In this document: one piece after another, positions 56,954 through 64,000 of the stretch
Numbering within the stretch: position 1 is the stretch's first letter
Layout of the letters: every line of letters starts with the position of its first letter
Virus record (IMG/VR): IMGVR_UViG_3300002446_000060
Length of the DNA stretch: 64,000 bases
Direction: 5' to 3' (one strand)
Source: a virus
Made by a program: the position numbers and the translations under genes
Notes under the pieces: generated by a model
Databases searched by the model: none
What the model saw: the letters and a program-made list of their open reading frames with translations, nothing else
Told to the model about the DNA's origin: nothing

Positions 56954-58112
56954 TTTAACTTGGTGTAGTATAATTCCATTGATAGGCGGTTTAACACTTG
57001 GTGCTCAGAATGTACTAAAAACGCTACCAGAATATATAATATCCTTTGATGGATTTCAAGATAATGATAGTCACACTCTAAACCACTTTAAAAATGATAA
57101 TATTCCATATCTTAATGGAGATAAATTAGAAAATATCGATAAAGTTGATATGACCGTAATGGTTCCGCCATGTAGCGCTTTATCTAATTTAAACGTTAAA
57201 AGCGATACTGAATATGAATCAATAAAGTGGTTATACATTTCGACTAAGATAGCTATGGAGAAATGCGAAGCTAAAGTTATCATAGGAGAAAATGCTCCGG
57301 GTTTGTTTACTAAGAAGGGAAAAGCTGTCGTAGATCAACTTCATCAAATTGGTCTTGAACATGGTTATTCATTAAGTATTTTTAAAATAGATTCTAAATA
57401 TTGTAATTGCCCTCAGCAAAGATTAAGATCATTTTTTGTGTTTTGGAAAGGTGATCATACATATGAATTAGAACCGAAATGCGAAATGATTAAGATAGAT
57501 GATTATCTTAAAAAAACTAAGTTGAATATGAAATATCATAATGAAAAAGAAGAAGAAGACAGACTAATTAATTCAGCTCAGTATAAGTTTATTAAATATG
57601 AAATGAAACAAGAACTTAGTCAATTCTTAGATGGTGTTGGCTTTATTCAAAGATTGTTTAAGAATAACTTAATTGATAAATTTGAACAATTTCTTATAAA
57701 CAATAAATTTGATAAAGATCTAGCTTTAATAAAACATATTAAATATAAATTATCGATTGGAAAAAGTTTTTGGGATTCATATTCCATTTATGATACTCAT
57801 ACTAGAGGTTGCACAAACGCATTAACGGGTAAAACGATTAAAACATTATTACATCCATATAAAGATAGATTTTTAACCAATGCTGAATTGATTGCGATTA
57901 TGGGTTTACCATTTGATTATGAAATAGTTAATGATAAACTTATTCATATTACTCAAAATGTGACAGTTCAATCGGCTGAATTTATGGTTAAAGAATGTAA
58001 AAAATATTTTACAAATAATTTAAGAAAAATAAATTCTACATTAAATTATCAAGATTTAACAATAAGTGATAATATAAAACCAGAAACAATTGAGCTTAAC
58101 AATTTATTTTAA
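56925..58112 (+). CDS. DNA (cytosine-5) methyltransferase
   Basis: IPLIGG (motif I variant), PPCS (IV), GENAP (VI), PQQRLRSF (VIII) and TQNV (X). Confidence 0.82.
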   Translation: MAVLDQQINNLTWCSIIPLIGGLTLGAQNVLKTLPEYIISFDGFQDNDSHTLNHFKNDNIPYLNGDKLENIDKVDMTVMVPPCSALSNLNVKSDTEYESIKWLYISTKIAMEKCEAKVIIGENAPGLFTKKGKAVVDQLHQIGLEHGYSLSIFKIDSKYCNCPQQRLRSFFVFWKGDHTYELEPKCEMIKIDDYLKKTKLNMKYHNEKEEEDRLINSAQYKFIKYEMKQELSQFLDGVGFIQRLFKNNLIDKFEQFLINNKFDKDLALIKHIKYKLSIGKSFWDSYSIYDTHTRGCTNALTGKTIKTLLHPYKDRFLTNAELIAIMGLPFDYEIVNDKLIHITQNVTVQSAEFMVKECKKYFTNNLRKINSTLNYQDLTISDNIKPETIELNNLF

Positions 58113-58437
58113 AGGATATATTATGAATGAGATTGCTTTTAAAGGCGAAAAAGATAGTAAAGGAAAACTTAGAGTAGATTTAGTAACGCCTGAATGTATT
58201 ATTGGCATGGCTGAAGTTCTAGGAAAAGCATTAGAAAAATATACTCCAAATAGTTGGCAAAATGTGAAAGATGGTTTAAACGAGCATTACGCTGCGGTAT
58301 TACGTCACCTTCTTAAATGGCGTATGGGCGAATTAGATGATGACGAAACAAAACTAAGTCATATGAAACATGTTTTAACTAATGCAATGTTTCTGTTATA
58401 TCATGAAGAACATTTGTTGAGAAATAAAAATGAATAA
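58090..58437 (+). CDS. DUF5664-type (dATP/dGTP diphosphohydrolase-like) protein; likely start 58123
   Basis: KDSKGKLRVDLV, KYTPNSW, AVLRHL..W..GE..D.ETKLSHMKHV.TN motifs. Confidence 0.8.
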   Translation: MSLTIYFKGYIMNEIAFKGEKDSKGKLRVDLVTPECIIGMAEVLGKALEKYTPNSWQNVKDGLNEHYAAVLRHLLKWRMGELDDDETKLSHMKHVLTNAMFLLYHEEHLLRNKNE

Positions 58438-59128
58438 AAATGAATTAATAAAATACTATAAACAATTATATCAAAAATTGATATCCGAAGATTTTATTAT
58501 AGATAAATCAGGAGTTAAATTAGTTGAATTGATTGCTCCAAGATTTGAATTAGATCCAAACGAAGATTTAATTGATATTGAAATTCGTTCTAGTAATGCT
58601 AAATATGTGTTACAAGAATTAGATTGGTATTTGAGTAATGAATTGCATATTAATCGTGTTAATAATGTACGGATATGGAAAGAATGCGCAGATAATAATC
58701 AAGAAATAAATTCAAACTATGGTTATTTGGTTTTTGGTAGAGGAAATTTTAATCAATTTAATCACTGTTTGCAGACATTATTAAATCATAATGAATCAAG
58801 ACAAGCTATTGTTATTTATAATCGTCCATCGATTCATTATGAAGCAAATAGTTTTAATTGTAAAGACTTTATTTGCACTATGTTTCAACAGTTTTTTATT
58901 CGAAATAATAAATTAGAAACTATTACTAGTATGAGATCTAATGACTGTATTTTTGGCGCGTTTAACGATATTCCATGGTTCCATTATGTTATTAAAAAAA
59001 TGAAAGAAGAATTAAATAATAATGGACTTAATATTGAATTGGGACAGCATATATTTATTCCTAATTCTTGGCATTGTTATGAGCGTCATTTTGATATTTT
59101 AAGAAAAATCGGAGAACAATGTGAATAA
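58430..59128 (+). CDS. dCMP hydroxymethylase-like thymidylate synthase homolog (gp42-like)
   Basis: INSNYG, SRQA, DFICT and MRSNDCIFGAFNDIPW with Asp at the dC-specificity position (cf. T4 DFMCT, RSNDVVFGFRNDYAW); SWHCYERHF. Confidence 0.85.
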   Translation: MNKNELIKYYKQLYQKLISEDFIIDKSGVKLVELIAPRFELDPNEDLIDIEIRSSNAKYVLQELDWYLSNELHINRVNNVRIWKECADNNQEINSNYGYLVFGRGNFNQFNHCLQTLLNHNESRQAIVIYNRPSIHYEANSFNCKDFICTMFQQFFIRNNKLETITSMRSNDCIFGAFNDIPWFHYVIKKMKEELNNNGLNIELGQHIFIPNSWHCYERHFDILRKIGEQCE

Positions 59129-59528
59129 ATTTGATAATTTGTATATGGATATTGCAATTCGAATAAGCCAGATGAGTTTTTCTAATAGATCAAAAGTTGG
59201 TGCTGTAATAGTTAAAGAGAATAATATCGTTGCTTTTGGTTGGAATGGAATGCCATCTGGCTTTTCTAATTCTTGTGAAGATGAAAATAATAATACACAC
59301 GACGAAGTTATTCATGCTGAAGAAAATGCCATTTGTAAAGCTGCTAAACAAGGAATATCATTAAAAGACTCAACATTATATTTAACATTGAGTCCGTGTC
59401 CACATTGCGCAAAACTAATTATTCAAAGCGGAATAAAAAATGTTATTTATTTAGAAGAATATCGTATTAATAAGTGGATTGAATTTTTAAAAGAGTGTAA
59501 TATTAATGTGAGGCATTATGATAATTGA
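59121..59528 (+). CDS. dCMP deaminase
   Basis: KVGAVIV, GWNG, HAEENAI and PCPHC motifs. Confidence 0.93.
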   Translation: MNKFDNLYMDIAIRISQMSFSNRSKVGAVIVKENNIVAFGWNGMPSGFSNSCEDENNNTHDEVIHAEENAICKAAKQGISLKDSTLYLTLSPCPHCAKLIIQSGIKNVIYLEEYRINKWIEFLKECNINVRHYDN

Positions 59529-60090
59529 ACATAGAATAAATACAATTGGAGAATTAAAAAATGTTGATAAAAGTAACGGAATAGAAGTTGATATAAGATA
59601 TGATTCTAGTGTTAAAGATGTCGTTCTTACACATGATATTAACTTTACCCATAATAATACCTTAAATGATTTTTTACATTATTATAACCACGCGTTAATA
59701 ATATTTAACATTAAATCTAGTTTGTGCGAAGAGTATTGTATTCGATTAATGGAAAAGTTCAATATAAAAAACTACTTATTTCTCGATTCTCAAATTCCAG
59801 ATATCATTAAATATGCTAAGCTGGGATATGGGGATAAATTCATAACACGTATATCTAAATTTGAAACATATAATAAAAATTTAGTTTCATTGGCATCGAA
59901 GTATATATGGGTCGACACATTTGGTGAAGCGGATATTTCTTTCATAAATCAAAATGATAATCATGACTATATTTTTGTTTCTCCAGAATTGCATAAAAAA
60001 GATGAAAATATTGTTATATTAAAAGAAATGATAAAACAAAAATTTGATGTTTATCATGTTTGTACTGATTTTAAAAATTACTGGACATAA
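59518..60090 (+). CDS. GDPD-like (PLC-like phosphodiesterase) protein
   Basis: IEHRINT..GIEVDIR..THD..IFNIK; type seen in surface-polysaccharide loci. Confidence 0.65.
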   Translation: MIIEHRINTIGELKNVDKSNGIEVDIRYDSSVKDVVLTHDINFTHNNTLNDFLHYYNHALIIFNIKSSLCEEYCIRLMEKFNIKNYLFLDSQIPDIIKYAKLGYGDKFITRISKFETYNKNLVSLASKYIWVDTFGEADISFINQNDNHDYIFVSPELHKKDENIVILKEMIKQKFDVYHVCTDFKNYWT

Positions 60091-60093
60091 TAC

Positions 60094-61410
60094 ATGTTTG
60101 ATTTAAGCTTTATAGTTAAAAACAAAAAATTGTTAATAATAGATATTGATGACACAGTTTTGTCATATCAAAAAGCTCATGCTATTGCATTGAACGAAAC
60201 GCTATCAAAATACAATTTTACAATTGATGAATATAACAATAGTAAAGAATTAGTTAAGAAATTTATTAAGGGTGTTAATCAACATAAAAAAGAACTTTAT
60301 TTTAAAAAAATGGTTGAAGATTCAAACCATGATTATTCATTAGTACTCGAATTAACGAAAACATATAACTATTATTTATTTAAACACTTGGTGCTTGATG
60401 TATCAATAAAAAACTTATTAATTTACTGCAAAAATAATAATATTAACATTTGCGCGTTATCCAATTTTTATTCATTAGATCAAATCAAAAAATTGAAAAA
60501 ATTAAACATACTTCAATATTTTAATCATATAATAACCAGTGAAGATATTGATATAGAAAAGCCAAGTCCATTCATTTATTCATTTATATTAGAAAAATTT
60601 AATCTTAAATATAATGATGCAATTATGATTGGTGATTCAATAGTTGATATGCCATCATTCGGCATCGATTATTATCCATATAATTGTAACAATTTATTTT
60701 TTGCTATTTGTGGAAAATCTGGTTGCGGAAAATCTACACTAGCCATGCTATTAAAAGAAATATTTGGGGCAACAATTATTGAAGGCGATAATTATCATAA
60801 ATATGAACGAAATAGCGATATGTATAAAATAATGACTCATTATGATTATAGAGCTAATAATATTGATAAAATGAATGACGATATTCGTAAGTTATTTTAT
60901 TTAAAAAATATTTTATTGGCTCAATATGATCATACAACTGGAAAATTCAATAATATATCTGAAGTTAAATATAATGACAAAATAATTTTTGAAGGTTTGC
61001 ACTGGTTAAATTCAATTGAGACAAATAAGTTTTTTAAATTTAAAATATTCATAAATAATTTTCATAGTGATGAAAATAAAATTAAGCGAGATACAAGATA
61101 TCGAAACAAAACTAAAGAAACAGTAATAGATTCAATCAATGCTCGTAGTAACGATTATGATAAGTTTATTTATATTCAAAATAAATGTAGTAATATGATA
61201 TTCAATTATAATGAAACCGAACTAGAAATTGTTTTTACAAATGAATTTAATTTTGACATATTAAAAGCTATTTTTGAAAAATTAAATAATAATGTTATAA
61301 TAGAACAAAATCAATTCAAAGTACGTTATTCAATTGCAAATAATATTCGTGAATATCGTTCGGTTATAGTTAAATTATTTAATTTGCTAAAAAGGAACAT
61401 CTATGAATAA
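60094..61410 (+). CDS. HAD hydrolase fused to PRK/uridine-kinase-like P-loop kinase
   Basis: IDIDDT, EKPSP and MIGD (HAD); GKSGCGKST, EGDNYH, YDHTTGKF and EGLH (kinase). Confidence 0.85.
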   Translation: MFDLSFIVKNKKLLIIDIDDTVLSYQKAHAIALNETLSKYNFTIDEYNNSKELVKKFIKGVNQHKKELYFKKMVEDSNHDYSLVLELTKTYNYYLFKHLVLDVSIKNLLIYCKNNNINICALSNFYSLDQIKKLKKLNILQYFNHIITSEDIDIEKPSPFIYSFILEKFNLKYNDAIMIGDSIVDMPSFGIDYYPYNCNNLFFAICGKSGCGKSTLAMLLKEIFGATIIEGDNYHKYERNSDMYKIMTHYDYRANNIDKMNDDIRKLFYLKNILLAQYDHTTGKFNNISEVKYNDKIIFEGLHWLNSIETNKFFKFKIFINNFHSDENKIKRDTRYRNKTKETVIDSINARSNDYDKFIYIQNKCSNMIFNYNETELEIVFTNEFNFDILKAIFEKLNNNVIIEQNQFKVRYSIANNIREYRSVIVKLFNLLKRNIYE

Positions 61411-62071
61411 AACTGAAGCTACAAAATACTATAAAAAATTGCAATCATTGGTGAGCAATTTATTTGATTCGCCTAGCATTGGCGGAAACATATCTGTAAA
61501 ATATGATGACAAAATGTTAATAAAATCTTCTGGTTCTAATTTAAAAAATGAAACAAAAATATCTATAATGAATAATGAAACAGACATGAATTTAAATAAG
61601 ATTAAGCCATCTATGGAATATTCATTTCATAAAATTATACCATACAAATTTGTGCTGCACTATCATCCGATTTATCTTATGCCTTATCTCTGTTCTAATC
61701 ATAAATTCGATTTACCTTTTAAATTTAAAATACTCGATTATCATATGCCAGGCGTTGAATTAGCAGGAGCTATTTTAAATAATTCCAAATATAATATTTA
61801 TCTATTAAAGAATCACGGCATAATTCTTTGCCACAATGATATAGAACAAATTGAAGAAATGTATCGTTATATTAAAGAAAAATTTATTTCAATCTTAAAA
61901 TTTAATGATTATATTTCTCCAGATGATGTTATATTAAATAATGATATTGAAGTAATTCTTTATCATTGGGCAATAAGGGGATTATCAAATAACATCATAT
62001 ATTTAAATGATAATGATGTTAATGATTTAAATTCAAATTCAGATGAAAAATATAGGAAAAATTTAATATGA
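61403..62071 (+). CDS. Class II aldolase / sugar-phosphate epimerase family protein
   Basis: GGNISVK, IKSSG, PSMEYSFH, LHYHP and LLKNHGI motifs. Confidence 0.85.
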   Translation: MNKTEATKYYKKLQSLVSNLFDSPSIGGNISVKYDDKMLIKSSGSNLKNETKISIMNNETDMNLNKIKPSMEYSFHKIIPYKFVLHYHPIYLMPYLCSNHKFDLPFKFKILDYHMPGVELAGAILNNSKYNIYLLKNHGIILCHNDIEQIEEMYRYIKEKFISILKFNDYISPDDVILNNDIEVILYHWAIRGLSNNIIYLNDNDVNDLNSNSDEKYRKNLI

Positions 62072-63591
62072 ACATTATCATTCCGTGTACTGGCTTAGGC
62101 AAAAGATTTATTTCAAATGGTTATTCATGCCATAAGTCTTTTTTGCCTGTTGATAATAACGATTTAGTAATAGATAAAGTTATTAAAATGTTTGATCCCA
62201 AAGATAATTTTATTATTATTGCTAATGAATTTAATTACTCGGAATTAGTTAATCACTTTGTTAGATCAAACATTCATATCATTTTATCATATTATGAAGC
62301 CACCGGGCCAGTTAAATCTATTATAAATGCAAAAAATAAAATATTAGATGTTTTACAAGATGAGGGATGCATAATATCATATTCGGATTTTTATCAAACA
62401 TATGATTACTTAGATTTTAAAGAATGGATTAAAAACACAAATTCCGATGGCTGCATACTATCATACACAAATTATCATCCACATTTTAATGTCACAAATA
62501 ATAAATATGCTTCGTCAAAACTAGATAAAGACAATAATGTATTAGAAATAAAAGAAAAACATAATTTTGATTCAATGGAAAAAAGTTTTCATTCATCGGG
62601 AATGTATTATTTTAAATCGTTTGAATTAATCATGAAATACTTCAATATTTTAATTGATAAAAATATTCATTTAAACAATGAATACTATGTTTCGATGGTC
62701 TATAATGAAATGATTAATGACAAGTTAAAGATAACATCATATAATAAAATTCATCACTTTCTACAGCTTGGAACACCCCAAGATTATGAATATTTTAAAT
62801 CAATGGAAGATAAATATTTGAAATTGAATTCATTGTATATCAAAGAAAATAATATTAGACAAATAATGTTAATGGCTGGCCGATCAGAACGTTTTATTAA
62901 TGACGGATATGATATACCAAAACCATTTTTGATGGTATCCGATAAAAAAATGCATCTTATTCAAGATGATTATCTAAATTGCTATAAACGAACTTATATT
63001 ACCGCGGATGATTATGAAGAGTATGTTGAAAAGGACATATATGACAAATATGTTTTTATTGAAAAAAATAAAATAGGACCGGCATATTCTTATTATAAAG
63101 GCGCTAAACATATAACAGGCGAAGTGATCATAACTTCTTGCGATGTATTAGCTAATTATTTTACTAAGAATTTTTATGATAAAATTGATGAGAGCGATGT
63201 TATTATATTCGCCACAACCAATCATAAAAATTCAATAGAAAATCCTAATTCATATTCATGGATTAAACATGATAACGAAAAGGTTGAATCAGTATCATTA
63301 AAGAAACTATTGAATAATGCTAAAACAGACTATATGTTAATTGGTTCATTTTATGTAAAAAATAATGAAACATTTATTCATCATCTGAATTCTTTCTTAT
63401 CTATAGAAAAACAAAACAATGAAGAATATTTTATTGATGAATTTATGAATTATTTATTACTTTTCGGATATAAAATTAATACTGTTCTTGTTGATGGTTA
63501 TTATTCATTTGGAACACCAAAAGAATATAAAGAGTCTAATTATTTTTTAACCTATTTTGATAAAGAAAGTGAAACTAATGATAGAAATTAA
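62068..63591 (+). CDS. Tandem two-domain sugar nucleotidyltransferase
   Basis: IIPCTGLGKRF..HKSFL and MLMAGRSERF..PKPFL domains; each ends EYY/EYF...LGTP/FGTP. Confidence 0.85.
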   Translation: MNIIIPCTGLGKRFISNGYSCHKSFLPVDNNDLVIDKVIKMFDPKDNFIIIANEFNYSELVNHFVRSNIHIILSYYEATGPVKSIINAKNKILDVLQDEGCIISYSDFYQTYDYLDFKEWIKNTNSDGCILSYTNYHPHFNVTNNKYASSKLDKDNNVLEIKEKHNFDSMEKSFHSSGMYYFKSFELIMKYFNILIDKNIHLNNEYYVSMVYNEMINDKLKITSYNKIHHFLQLGTPQDYEYFKSMEDKYLKLNSLYIKENNIRQIMLMAGRSERFINDGYDIPKPFLMVSDKKMHLIQDDYLNCYKRTYITADDYEEYVEKDIYDKYVFIEKNKIGPAYSYYKGAKHITGEVIITSCDVLANYFTKNFYDKIDESDVIIFATTNHKNSIENPNSYSWIKHDNEKVESVSLKKLLNNAKTDYMLIGSFYVKNNETFIHHLNSFLSIEKQNNEEYFIDEFMNYLLLFGYKINTVLVDGYYSFGTPKEYKESNYFLTYFDKESETNDRN

Positions 63592-64000
63592 TAATTCCTT
63601 TGAAAACTATCTGTCTGATCTTAATTCATATTCGTTTGTTATTGATGCTATACAATCTATGAAAGAATATGAAGAGAAAATACCAATTTGCGTGTTATCG
63701 TATAAGTATGATAAAAAACGATCGAAATTTATTGTTCAATTGATGAATGAAATAGAACAAAACGGAAAATTAAACAGATCAATTATAATTTTTGTGTATG
63801 AAGAAGAAAAAGAACTTTATTCATTTTTATTAAAATACGATGGTATAGAACTTGTCTATATTAAAAAAGATAATGAAAATAGTACTTTATCTGGAAAAAG
63901 AAATTTTATCATTGATTATGCTAATCAACAGGGATTTAAGAACATTTTTATGATTGAAGACGATTGCGATAAGTTCTTTATTCCAATTCAAAAATTTAAA
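63578..64000 (+). CDS. GT-A fold glycosyltransferase, partial (runs off window end; absent from ORF track)
   Basis: Manual translation: MIEINN...IPICVLSYKY...IFVYEEEKELY...SGKRNFIIDYANQQGFKNIFMIEDDCDKF; RN..I and metal-binding EDD as in phage DNA glycosyltransferases. Confidence 0.7.
   Translation, partial: MIEINNSFENYLSDLNSYSFVIDAIQSMKEYEEKIPICVLSYKYDKKRSKFIVQLMNEIEQNGKLNRSIIIFVYEEEKELYSFLLKYDGIELVYIKKDNENSTLSGKRNFIIDYANQQGFKNIFMIEDDCDKFFIPIQKFK

Noticed and set aside
58430-59128. Canonical thymidylate synthase
   Set aside because: Has Asp (FND-x-x-W) at the specificity position and the DFICT motif, matching dCMP-modifying gp42 rather than the Asn of ThyA.

Overview
This is a 64 kb, very AT-rich segment of a large T4-related myovirus genome with no host genes, tRNAs or CRISPR visible. 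Bases 1-29,983 are a minus-strand virion morphogenesis block: gp19/18/17/14/13, a lysis cassette, tail fibre and baseplate genes, gp23/22/21/67/20/2, a T-like holin, gp4 and uvsW. After a divergent promoter region, an HTH-like gene and a ~400 bp iteron-like repeat tract, bases 30,162-64,000 are a plus-strand replication, recombination and nucleotide block: gp55, 47, 46, ClpP, RuvC-like, gp3, 52, uvsX/Y, nrdD/G, 45/44/62, regA and dUTPase. It ends in a putative cytosine hypermodification locus: C5-methyltransferase, DUF5664, gp42-like enzyme, dCMP deaminase, a sugar-activation cassette and a GT-A glycosyltransferase cut by the window edge. The most notable signals are: (i) about ten scattered small proteins with a 9-13 aa N-terminal leader ending in Glu, resembling both the T4 internal-protein capsid-targeting sequence and the MKKWDKVI segment of this phage's own capsid propeptide, one with an ADP-ribosyltransferase-like fold; (ii) the sugar-DNA modification locus; (iii) two unannotated paralogous micro-lipoproteins; (iv) promoter-overlapping hairpins that bury ribosome-binding sites; (v) three Hef-like homing endonuclease paralogs. 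Functional calls come from motif recognition by eye; no database searches were run.
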